IMG/VR virus record: IMGVR_UViG_2700988920_000001
Span: 1 to 64,000 of that record
Source: a virus
Taxonomy: Duplodnaviria; Caudoviricetes
Direction: 5' to 3' (one strand)
Length of the DNA stretch: 64,000 nucleotides
The notes under the pieces are model-generated. The model was not told the origin of the DNA. It made no database searches and saw nothing but the letters and a program-made list of their open reading frames with translations. The translations under genes and the position numbers were made by a program. The stretch's first letter is position 1; each line of letters opens with the position of its first letter. Positions 1 through 8,169 of this stretch are shown piece by piece.

Positions 1-93
1 TGAGTGCATTGATGGTGTCAGAAATCGCCACGATAAAGAGTAGCGGTCATTATCCTTTATAAGGGGTCAAAACTAACCAAAGTTTTAAATTAT

Positions 94-122
94 TTGCATT
101 CGGTTGCGTAACAGTTTAAAAT
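94..122 (+). promoter_or_regulatory. sigma70-like promoter
   Basis: TTGCAT(94-99)-17 nt-TAAAAT(117-122) upstream of ORF at 155. Confidence 0.55.
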
Positions 123-154
123 CATCTCATCATTCAATCATCCAGTAGGGACTT

Positions 155-652
155 ATGAATATTTTTCAGACTCAGCGCTGTCCTATCGAGTCAGCTCGCG
201 AACACTGCAACATCCACCGTAACAGCCAGCTTAAAGAAGGCGTACAGATGCTTTCTACGGCGCACCGCGTGCTTGACGGCGACCTAGCCGATGACCGTCT
301 ATATAAGGTTTGTCAGCCTGGCAACCGCTTTACGAAATGGGCGCGTGAGTCTGACAAGAATTATCTGTGGCTGTGGTCGTACTGCAATGAGCTTAACAAC
401 ATGTTCATTGAGCACAGCGGACGAAGCCATAAGTCGGGCGAGCTTTTAGATATTCTTAAAACGTTACCCCATAACATTTCTATTGGTGAGCTTTCGCCTG
501 TGCCTATTGCTGAATCGAGTGATACGGTGCAATACATTTACAACATCGACCCTGTGCTTGGTCATCGCGAATACTTGTGCGAGAAGTTTTGCGAGTGGCG
601 CGAGCGCGGTAAGAAATTTATTTTTGTTAATGAGCCAGCTTGGCTGGTTTAA
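155..652 (+). CDS. pyrimidine-dimer DNA glycosylase/DenV-like family protein
   Basis: N-terminal MNIF..CPIESAREHCNIH..QMLSTAHR and KWARES..NYLWL pattern typical of this phage family. Confidence 0.6.
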   Translation: MNIFQTQRCPIESAREHCNIHRNSQLKEGVQMLSTAHRVLDGDLADDRLYKVCQPGNRFTKWARESDKNYLWLWSYCNELNNMFIEHSGRSHKSGELLDILKTLPHNISIGELSPVPIAESSDTVQYIYNIDPVLGHREYLCEKFCEWRERGKKFIFVNEPAWLV

Positions 653-675
653 TATTATTTAGAGAAGGAACAACA

Positions 676-1137
676 ATGAACATCCTAACCTTACTATTCG
701 ACGTATTCACTTTCTGGGTATGCCTCGGCACCCTAGTATTTTTCATACTGAGCGTTACCGAACTGTTTACAGCGCATAGCTTTTATTCACAGTCGCATCG
801 ATTCAGCTTTATCGAAGGGCTGGTGGTAATCCCTGTCACTGTTCTGCTTTGGCCAGTGTCGCTTGCTTGCGTCTTTGATAATGTTCACCGTGTTCGACGT
901 GATGCACGTATCAGACATACCCTTTACGTCGATCAGAAGCGTCAAGATTTACACAAGCGAGCGTGTGAGTTTATGATCGCCAGAGCTTCAAATGTGGCAG
1001 CAAAAAGCATTTCTGTCGGAACCGTAACAGCAGATCATCTGTTTGAACGTACAACAAAACTAAACGCAAAAAGCATTTCTGCCGGAACCGTAACAGCAGA
1101 TCATCTGTTTGAACGTACAACAAAACTAAACCGATAA
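676..1137 (+). CDS. membrane protein with duplicated C-terminal 22-aa repeat
   Basis: AAGGA RBS before ATG 676; two hydrophobic segments; tandem repeat at C-terminus. Confidence 0.65.
   Translation: MNILTLLFDVFTFWVCLGTLVFFILSVTELFTAHSFYSQSHRFSFIEGLVVIPVTVLLWPVSLACVFDNVHRVRRDARIRHTLYVDQKRQDLHKRACEFMIARASNVAAKSISVGTVTADHLFERTTKLNAKSISAGTVTADHLFERTTKLNR
1000..1131 (+). repeat. 66-bp tandem duplication (2 copies, 1 mismatch)
   Basis: 1000-1065 and 1066-1131 are identical except gtc/gcc. Confidence 0.95.
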
Positions 1138-1141
1138 ATTT

Positions 1142-1156
1142 TTGGTCTCAGACCAA
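1142..1156. promoter_or_regulatory. palindrome TTGGTCTNAGACCAA copy 1
   Basis: TTGGTCTCAGACCAA, intergenic, adjoining the RBS of 1167. Confidence 0.9.
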
Positions 1157-1166
1157 GGAGAAAACC

Positions 1167-2207
1167 ATGCGAAACGTTAATGAATCACAAGTCCGCGCTT
1201 ACCTTCTTACTCACGGCGTCATTGAAGGCCTGAAGCTAGAAGGTATCGAAATTGCGGAAATCCGCCGCTACTACAATGAAGTGGACAACTTTGTATCTAT
1301 CTTGATGGAGTACGGCACTATGCTGTCTAACTTTATCGACAAGGCTCAAGCTGAATCGGGCAAAGAGGTTGCAGGCGTTAACATCACGCTTTGTGATAGC
1401 GTCGCTCCTGCTTGGTTGGTTGGTCGCCTATTAGAGTCGGCGGAGCTGAACGCACCTTCAAAAGCGCAGTGGCACTATTTTTCTGAGAACCTGGCTAACG
1501 CTTTCTATTCTGACAAGTTGAATGCGTTCAGTAATATGGACGTTGATAAGCAGATGCGTCCTGGTCTTGAGTTTGATTGTCCTAAGGTCGAATATAGTGA
1601 GGAAGCTATTCGTTACCATTTGGATAAGTTTGGAAGTAGTTTACCAATTGGCGAAGTTCTATACTATCTGGAAAGGCTTCCAAAATCAGCCACTCACATC
1701 AATCTTCACGACCTGTCTTTTGCAGTCTATTGGCTAAAACGCGAGAACGGATCGTGGGCGCTTTGGGCTAAAGCTGGGAAAACTTTTCACGAAGAATTCG
1801 TTTGGATTAAGCCTGACTTTGTTGATGGCTGTTTTATTGACAAGCTCGTACCGCTTCGTGACCTACAAGTCCGTAAAATCCTAGGCAGCAACCAGGAAGA
1901 GCGCGAGATGATGTTTTTGCCAGAAGAAGGTCAATCTCTAACTTTTACTGAACAGAGACTAGACCCAGCTATCGAACATGAAACCTACGTTGCTCCACAT
2001 TTGTCCGAGCAGTCAGTAGAAATCAAAACAGATCGAGAGCTCAGCAAGCCTCAAATCACCAACGTTCACGAGCTGACCACTATTCGAATTGATGGCGCGG
2101 TGATCACCGTTGACTCGCTTAAAAAGACCGTCAACATCGTTAGCGAATATTGCGACCTAATCGTTAACGATCAGTTTACTGTGTCAGGTAGCGTATCAAA
2201 CTTGTAG
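1167..2207 (+). CDS. hypothetical protein
   Basis: 346-aa ORF with AGGAG RBS. Confidence 0.75.
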   Translation: MRNVNESQVRAYLLTHGVIEGLKLEGIEIAEIRRYYNEVDNFVSILMEYGTMLSNFIDKAQAESGKEVAGVNITLCDSVAPAWLVGRLLESAELNAPSKAQWHYFSENLANAFYSDKLNAFSNMDVDKQMRPGLEFDCPKVEYSEEAIRYHLDKFGSSLPIGEVLYYLERLPKSATHINLHDLSFAVYWLKRENGSWALWAKAGKTFHEEFVWIKPDFVDGCFIDKLVPLRDLQVRKILGSNQEEREMMFLPEEGQSLTFTEQRLDPAIEHETYVAPHLSEQSVEIKTDRELSKPQITNVHELTTIRIDGAVITVDSLKKTVNIVSEYCDLIVNDQFTVSGSVSNL

Positions 2208-2265
2208 TAGGCATAATTAAATAATATAATGATTCCATCAGGTGAGAGATTGCTTGATGGGATTT

Positions 2266-2280
2266 TTGGTCTGAGACCAA
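2266..2280. promoter_or_regulatory. palindrome copy 2
   Basis: TTGGTCTGAGACCAA directly after hairpin 2232-2263. Confidence 0.9.
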
Positions 2281-2311
2281 ACCACAATAACAATCCAGTA
2301 AGGACTTAATC

Positions 2312-2641
2312 ATGCAAGACGTTAATAAGATTGTCGCCGTATTGCGCGACCCTAGCCAGGCCAAGTATTACCACGGCGATTTAATGGAAGACGCGGCTGA
2401 CGCGTTGGAAGATTTGAACGAGAAAGTAGAAGAGCTTTCTGTCAAACCTGAGTCGTTGTCAGATTTCGCTGACTACGTGACAGACGCTTCTTCAGCCATT
2501 AAAGAGCATGCTTCTAAAGAAGAGAGTATGCCAAAGCTTGATCTAACGGTTAGCGGCATCCTGAAGCAGCTCAGAACTTCAGTTAAAGAGATAACTGAAG
2601 TGATCGAGTTATTGGAAAGAAATAGATCGGGGTATTTCTAA
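2312..2641 (+). CDS. hypothetical coiled-coil protein
   Basis: TAAGGA RBS; acidic helical sequence. Confidence 0.7.
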   Translation: MQDVNKIVAVLRDPSQAKYYHGDLMEDAADALEDLNEKVEELSVKPESLSDFADYVTDASSAIKEHASKEESMPKLDLTVSGILKQLRTSVKEITEVIELLERNRSGYF

Positions 2642-3042
2642 TGGCTAAACGTATCCCATTCGACTACTCGACTCTAAGAGAGCGCATCAGTAACGCTCAA
2701 ACCCTGAACGACCTTATCTGTCGAGTACCGTACGCGTCTATTCGTGATCGTTACTGCAAGCAGGACATCACCAAGGCTAAGACTCTACACGACCTAGTCA
2801 GAGACCCTAAGAAAGTCCAACAGTCCGTGTTTAAGCTCGAAGAAAAGATCCAGTTTCTATTGTGCCGTGACTGGTGGACGCTCCCTGAACTGGCTTCAGA
2901 AGTTGGCGTGCTTAAACGTCGAATCGAGTTAGCGGTAGGACGAATTAACTCTTCAGGTTATATCGTCAAACGACGCAGCCGAGTAACCCAGAACGTTGCA
3001 ATTACCGAATATCATATTATTAGCGAGAATTCCCATGATTAA
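2641..3042 (+). CDS. putative winged-helix DNA-binding protein
   Basis: C-terminal WTLPELASEVGVLKRRIELAVGRINSSGYIV resembles HTH plus wing. Confidence 0.5.
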   Translation: MAKRIPFDYSTLRERISNAQTLNDLICRVPYASIRDRYCKQDITKAKTLHDLVRDPKKVQQSVFKLEEKIQFLLCRDWWTLPELASEVGVLKRRIELAVGRINSSGYIVKRRSRVTQNVAITEYHIISENSHD

Positions 3043-3496
3043 GTCACTATTAACTTTTGCCTTATTAGCGATGTCTTTCTGTTCTGTGGCTGGCCCATGG
3101 AATGTTGCTGGAAACTTTGCCAAAACTCTAGACACCACCGGATACAACAGCGAAGCGCTTTTGTTTATCAACAAGAAAGGCGACGTCTCTATTGGCTTCA
3201 CCTTCTACGACCCTGACTGTGACGGTTACGAAGCGAAACTCAAACGTCTTCCTGTGCACTTATTCAACGGTGAGCCGATTCACTTCAAATCTCAGTGCAT
3301 CGCAGAAGACAAGATCGCTTACATTCCTACTTACGCTAACGAAGGTTGGAGTATTATGAGACAGTTTAGACAAGGCGAAGAGATGGTGTTCTCTGCCCTT
3401 GCTAAACGCTACGTTTACAAATACAACGCTGTAGGCTTTGGTGAAGCCTATGACGACATCTTTGAAAAATCCCTCAAGTATAAGGAAGATATCTGA
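3035..3496 (+). CDS. exported protein with signal peptide
   Basis: MIKSLLTFALLAMSFCSVA|G signal peptide; Cys pair in mature part. Confidence 0.65.
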   Translation: MIKSLLTFALLAMSFCSVAGPWNVAGNFAKTLDTTGYNSEALLFINKKGDVSIGFTFYDPDCDGYEAKLKRLPVHLFNGEPIHFKSQCIAEDKIAYIPTYANEGWSIMRQFRQGEEMVFSALAKRYVYKYNAVGFGEAYDDIFEKSLKYKEDI

Positions 3497-3681
3497 TGCT
3501 TTGCTACAAATTGAAGTCAACCGGAGAACGTCTGAAGCTTATTCGCAAGCGCAAGCAGGTCAGCATGTTCGAGTGCATTGACCGCCCTATGGAACTGTGC
3601 TGCAGCGGCGTTATGGCACACCCTCGCATCGTGGTGAGCGATGTTCGTTATACCGATGTTGTGGAGGAATGTAAGCAATGA
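3496..3681 (+). CDS. small hypothetical protein
   Basis: translationally coupled TGATG overlap. Confidence 0.6.
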   Translation: MLCYKLKSTGERLKLIRKRKQVSMFECIDRPMELCCSGVMAHPRIVVSDVRYTDVVEECKQ

Positions 3682-3845
3682 ACGTAGAAGCCAGAATCAA
3701 ATCCACAGGAGAGATTGTCCGTATTGTCTCGTCTTTGTACGGCAAAGTGGAAGTGCGCCACGTAAATCGCCCTAAAATTAAGCGCGACGGCAAAATGGTT
3801 TTTGTCAAAAGTCGCATGTTGTTTAGAGATATTGAGTTCCTGTAA
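3678..3845 (+). CDS. small hypothetical protein, 55 aa (not in ORF track)
   Basis: GGAGG RBS, ATGA overlap; MNVEARIKSTGEIVRIVSS...DIEFL. Confidence 0.6.
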   Translation: MNVEARIKSTGEIVRIVSSLYGKVEVRHVNRPKIKRDGKMVFVKSRMLFRDIEFL

Positions 3846-3926
3846 TCTCGCGTCACGTTTGCGTCTTCTATCAAGGAGGCGCAAAATGCACTCACCGATT
3901 GGACAACTAATCGGTAAGTGCATTTC

Positions 3927-3941
3927 TTGGTCTGAGACCAA
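3927..3941. promoter_or_regulatory. palindrome copy 3
   Basis: TTGGTCTGAGACCAA after hairpins 3858-3885 and 3886-3923. Confidence 0.9.
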
Positions 3942-3963
3942 AACAACCAGTAAGGACAAAACA

Positions 3964-4503
3964 ATGGCAACGAAATACTACAAAACTAACAAACCTGAAA
4001 TCCTGGCTCAGGTGCAGCGCATCAACAACGAGCGTGACGCGCTTAAAGAGGCTGCAGATAAAGTGGCTGAACAGTTCGACGCTAAGGCAATGACTAGAAC
4101 CAGCATGCATGGTGTGAGCTTCGGCGGTTTGGTCCTTAATAACTACGACAACGTAGATCTTTTTAAAGGTCGCACTTCACCTGATCGAGAAGATAAACAT
4201 CTGTGGACTAAGCCAGATAAAAACAACATTAGTTGGCCGCGATCTTCTATCGCTGGCAAAGAGAACAAAGCAGCACTTAAAGAGCTGACTGAGATCTACA
4301 ATGCCGCAGTAGCTTCAATCCCTAAAGTGGAGTTTGAACCGTTCTTTGAAGTGCTTGGCACTGACTGGGGCAACCTTGCTTTTTCAGGGCTCGACTGGTT
4401 CGAACAGGACGGCTCCATCTACTTCGTATCTGGCTTAGATTTCAGTGAAGTAGCTACTGAAATTTTAGGCTCTGAATACGAAACGGCAGAACGAGCTGAA
4501 TAA
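3964..4503 (+). CDS. hypothetical protein
   Basis: TAAGGA RBS before ATG 3964; possible alternative in-frame start at 3886. Confidence 0.7.
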   Translation: MATKYYKTNKPEILAQVQRINNERDALKEAADKVAEQFDAKAMTRTSMHGVSFGGLVLNNYDNVDLFKGRTSPDREDKHLWTKPDKNNISWPRSSIAGKENKAALKELTEIYNAAVASIPKVEFEPFFEVLGTDWGNLAFSGLDWFEQDGSIYFVSGLDFSEVATEILGSEYETAERAE

Positions 4504-4534
4504 TTACTTAACCCAAAACAAGGAAAATAAAACC

Positions 4535-5968
4535 ATGAATTCAACCCACGCTTTCGAGCTTATCCAAAAACTTGCTTCTACTTCTTCTAAAAAAGACAAA
4601 GAGGCTCTACTTAAAGAATTTTGGGACCAAGCTGAGAACACCACGTTCCGCTACGCCCTTCTAAAAGCGCTTGACCCGTTCATCACCTACGGCATGAGCA
4701 AGATGCCTAAAGTGAGCCCAGGCACTGAAGAGTTCAACGAAGACACCTACGCCATGCTTGAGCGTCTTAACCAACGCCAGCTCACAGGCAACGCGGCTAA
4801 GCAAGCGCTTGAAATTGAACTTGGCCGCCTTAACTTCGAGTCTGGAGAACTGCTGAAAGGTATTATCACTGGCAAACTTGGTGCTGGCGTGACTGCTGAC
4901 ACGGTTAACAAGGTTTCTCCTGGAGCCATCTTCGTGTTTAAGATGTGTTTGGCTTCTAAGTTCTCTGACTTGTCAGACAAGATCACCGAGAAACAGTGGG
5001 CTGACGGCGTAAAAGGCGAAGTTAAAGCTGACGGCGTTCGCGGTCTGTTTATGCAGATCAAGCAGTTCCACCCAGTAAGCCGTAACGGTCTGCCTCTTAA
5101 CTCTACTTCAGATATTCGCGAAGAAGTTGCACAGTTCCTTGCTGAGTTTGCCTGCTACGTTAAGTCAGAAATCATCATCAGTGAAGACTATGACGAGTGT
5201 CTCAGCGATGCCATGAACCTAGACTGCGAGTTGGTAGAAGCTAACGACGTATTCAACGACACAGTAGGCAGTGTGCGCAGCAAGGACGAGTCCAAAGCCA
5301 AAACTATTAAGGTTAAGGTTATCGACGTAATCAGTCAGGCTGAGCTAGAAGCAGGCAAGTCTTTCTATAACTACAAAATTCGTCGCGAGATCATGGAAAA
5401 GTTCTTCGCTGAACACGGTAGCTCATTCCCTAACATTTCGCTTATCCCTTGCTTCACTTTCCACAGTGAAGAAGAGACTTACGCCAAGTTTGAAGAGTTG
5501 AAGAACGCTGGCGAAGAAGGGCTTATTATTAAGCTAGACAACGGCTTCTGGGAACAAAAACGAAGCAAGGGCTGGTTAAAGATCAAAGACAAGAACTCAG
5601 CCGATCTAGTCATTAAGTCTCTAGAAGAAGGTGACGCTAACGGCAAGTATAAAGGGCTCATGGGCGCAGCAGTCTGTGACTACAGAAACTCTAAAGGCGA
5701 GACTGTCGAAGTTAAAATAGGCGGTGGTTGGTCTCTACAACAGCGCGCTGAGCTGTGGTCTGCATTCACTGGAAACCCTGTTACTTACAGCACTACAGAC
5801 AACGGTGTGACTACCGAGCACATTACAGACCCTGAAGCGTGCGAAAACCCTGTAGGTTGGCTGATCGAAGTCTCTTACCACCAGGAGACTAAGGACGGTT
5901 CGCTTCGTCACCCTAACTTTGTTCGCCGTCGTACTGATAAAAGCCCTGATGAAGGTCAAGGCGTGTAA
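4535..5968 (+). CDS. ATP-dependent DNA ligase
   Basis: motif I KADGVR, EGLIIK, WLKIK, C-terminal SLRHPNFVRRR. Confidence 0.92.
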   Translation: MNSTHAFELIQKLASTSSKKDKEALLKEFWDQAENTTFRYALLKALDPFITYGMSKMPKVSPGTEEFNEDTYAMLERLNQRQLTGNAAKQALEIELGRLNFESGELLKGIITGKLGAGVTADTVNKVSPGAIFVFKMCLASKFSDLSDKITEKQWADGVKGEVKADGVRGLFMQIKQFHPVSRNGLPLNSTSDIREEVAQFLAEFACYVKSEIIISEDYDECLSDAMNLDCELVEANDVFNDTVGSVRSKDESKAKTIKVKVIDVISQAELEAGKSFYNYKIRREIMEKFFAEHGSSFPNISLIPCFTFHSEEETYAKFEELKNAGEEGLIIKLDNGFWEQKRSKGWLKIKDKNSADLVIKSLEEGDANGKYKGLMGAAVCDYRNSKGETVEVKIGGGWSLQQRAELWSAFTGNPVTYSTTDNGVTTEHITDPEACENPVGWLIEVSYHQETKDGSLRHPNFVRRRTDKSPDEGQGV

Positions 5969-5978
5969 ATAACCAACT

Positions 5979-6153
5979 GGGTCAGCGTCAAAATTGCGCT
6001 GACCCTACGTTACTGTAAACTGACAACACTCAGAGTTTGTTTTTGTCTGAGGCTAAGGGGGCTGAGCTGTCGCATTGACTACATTACGGCTCAGTCTGCC
6101 CGGTGGCTATTGTAGGGGGAACAAAGCGGCCGGAGCTTGGTCTCAGACCAAAA
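5979..6153 (+). ncRNA. candidate structured leader RNA/ncRNA
   Basis: four consecutive predicted stems in a ~220-nt intergenic gap; see findings. Confidence 0.35.
6137..6151. promoter_or_regulatory. palindrome copy 4
   Basis: TTGGTCTCAGACCAA upstream of AphA-like gene. Confidence 0.9.
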
Positions 6154-6187
6154 GCAAATTTACCAACAAACCCAATAAGGACTCACT

Positions 6188-6730
6188 ATGAATACTATCA
6201 GCCCAACTTCTGCGCTATCTCTTCACATCATCGTTGCTGTTAAATCTGCTGGCGCCAAAGGCATCACTGGTTACGACATTCACAAGTCGCTTTCTGACTT
6301 CTGGTCACACCAGCAAGTTTACCGTGACTGTAGCCGACTGGCTAAATCTGGTTTGTTATTCCCGACCGTCAAGAACAACGACGGCAAGCCTGACTCTAAG
6401 GTCTATCTATTCTCAGAGAACGCCTTCTCTGACCTTAACAACTTCTTCGTTACCGTTATGATGCCTTTCTTCAAAGAAAAGGCGCATCTGATTACCGAAG
6501 ACTATCTTTTGGCGTATATTGAGTTTCGCAAGGCTGAAGTTATCAGCAAAGTAGTTCAGGAAATGTCTGATAAAGCGCTTCTTGAAGCACTAATCAAAGA
6601 AGAGGCTAAATGGGTTAAACTTCACTCTGAAGCCAAACAAAACGAAGCTTTGTACGCACACAAGTCTAGTGAGGCGTTTGCAAAGATGTCTATGGTTCAC
6701 TACCTAACTGGGACTGAAAATGAAAAATAA
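6188..6730 (+). CDS. AphA-like (PadR family) winged-helix transcription regulator
   Basis: TGYDI, FW-SHQQVYR and GKPDxKVY motifs match Vibrio AphA N-terminal domain as I recall it; 180 aa. Confidence 0.82.
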   Translation: MNTISPTSALSLHIIVAVKSAGAKGITGYDIHKSLSDFWSHQQVYRDCSRLAKSGLLFPTVKNNDGKPDSKVYLFSENAFSDLNNFFVTVMMPFFKEKAHLITEDYLLAYIEFRKAEVISKVVQEMSDKALLEALIKEEAKWVKLHSEAKQNEALYAHKSSEAFAKMSMVHYLTGTENEK

Positions 6731-7691
6731 AGTCGTTCACAATATCGTAGAAATGCGCGCAGATCAGGAAACTCCAGACCTAGACGTGCGCGTAACCACT
6801 TGTCGAAAAAATGAGGTTCACCCATTTGTTAACCTTATGCTGACGGAGAAAGATAAGTACGCGTCAGTCGACGTAGACACCTATCAAGACGTGTATGATA
6901 CGGCGCTTGATTGGGATACTACTGACATCGTACGCTTTACGCTTCAATGGCCTAACGGCGACACCGTCACTATTACTCGCGCGTACCTAGCCGACGTGTA
7001 CGACATGCCGTTGGTAGAATCAGTGATGGCAAGTGTTAAAGGTGAAGTGAGCGGCATGACCTACGTTCGTCAAGACACGCTGGCCACATACAAACTCTAC
7101 GCTTCAGACAAGCGCAAGAACTTGCCGAACATCAAAACCACTGAGTCGTTCATGTACCTGCTAAGCATGCAGCAAGACCTTGATTGGGAAACCATTCTGA
7201 AGTGTTACAACGAACAACCAGAAGTGAAAGAAGTGCTGTTGGAGAAGACGCCTCGATCTGAAGAACGCTTCATTCTCGACCACGCTGTACGAAAAGAGAT
7301 CAAGTTCATTGTTGACAGCTTTGGTATCAAGTCGCATATGGTAAACAGTCGAACGCTGGCTCGCCATGCGCTTCGTATTGCGCTTAAATCGGTTGTCGAC
7401 GCTATCGGCCATCAGGTTTACGGAAAAGACTACGACATTGAGAACATCTTCAATGCTGACGTACACTTCGACACTTTGGGTCTGCACACGCAAGAAAACA
7501 AGCACGGCTTCAAGTATGAGAAAGTCTATGCCGTAGATACTGGCGTCAAACTTTTCTTGGTGTTCGGCGCGTTAGATAATACTGACGCTAAATCAACATT
7601 TGTTACTCAGTTTGACCTAGACGAGTCTGATTTAGAGACTCATCAGGCTAAAGAGATTAACTTTATTTATCACAACCTTACAGGCAACTAG
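6720..7691 (+). CDS. hypothetical protein
   Basis: 323-aa ORF in operon. Confidence 0.75.
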   Translation: MKNKVVHNIVEMRADQETPDLDVRVTTCRKNEVHPFVNLMLTEKDKYASVDVDTYQDVYDTALDWDTTDIVRFTLQWPNGDTVTITRAYLADVYDMPLVESVMASVKGEVSGMTYVRQDTLATYKLYASDKRKNLPNIKTTESFMYLLSMQQDLDWETILKCYNEQPEVKEVLLEKTPRSEERFILDHAVRKEIKFIVDSFGIKSHMVNSRTLARHALRIALKSVVDAIGHQVYGKDYDIENIFNADVHFDTLGLHTQENKHGFKYEKVYAVDTGVKLFLVFGALDNTDAKSTFVTQFDLDESDLETHQAKEINFIYHNLTGN

Positions 7692-7693
7692 AT

Positions 7694-8140
7694 ATGAAAT
7701 TAGTCCGTGAATTACTTAACTACGAACGAACAATTAACGAGCTTGAGTGCCTTATTTTTACGGCAAACTCTACAATTGATCGACGCGGTAACCTAGTAAT
7801 GGGAGCAGGGAACGCCCTAGCATGCAAAGATGCGTTCCCGTTCGTCTCTAACGAGCTAGGTGACCAGATTGAGCACCTTTCCGAATTCAACCTACACGAA
7901 GTTCACGTAGATCGGGGTACTGTCATGGCCTTCCAGACAAAGATTAACTGGAAGCACAAGACTCCGCTGTACTTGTTAAAAAACTCAATCGCAGCCCTGA
8001 AAGAAAAGGCGGAAACTGAGTGTGATCGAGTTTTCCACCTGCCTTGCCCAGGTGTAAATAACGGAGGCATGTCCGTAGAAAAAGTCATGCCGTTACTAGA
8101 GTGCCTGCCTGATAACGTGATCGTTTACTTGGCAGAATAA
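7694..8140 (+). CDS. macrodomain (ADP-ribose binding/Appr-1-p processing) protein
   Basis: TANS...VMGAGNA..KDAFP, FQTKINWK, LPCPGVNNGGM. Confidence 0.75.
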   Translation: MKLVRELLNYERTINELECLIFTANSTIDRRGNLVMGAGNALACKDAFPFVSNELGDQIEHLSEFNLHEVHVDRGTVMAFQTKINWKHKTPLYLLKNSIAALKEKAETECDRVFHLPCPGVNNGGMSVEKVMPLLECLPDNVIVYLAE

Positions 8141-8169
8141 CAAACCTTATCAACTAAAAAGGAAATACC

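Noticed and set aside
5998-6028. Direct Qrr sRNA pairing with TGACCCT and ACTGACAAC
   Set aside because: The two short matches are in the wrong order for one duplex and rely on my recollection of Qrr; left for IntaRNA
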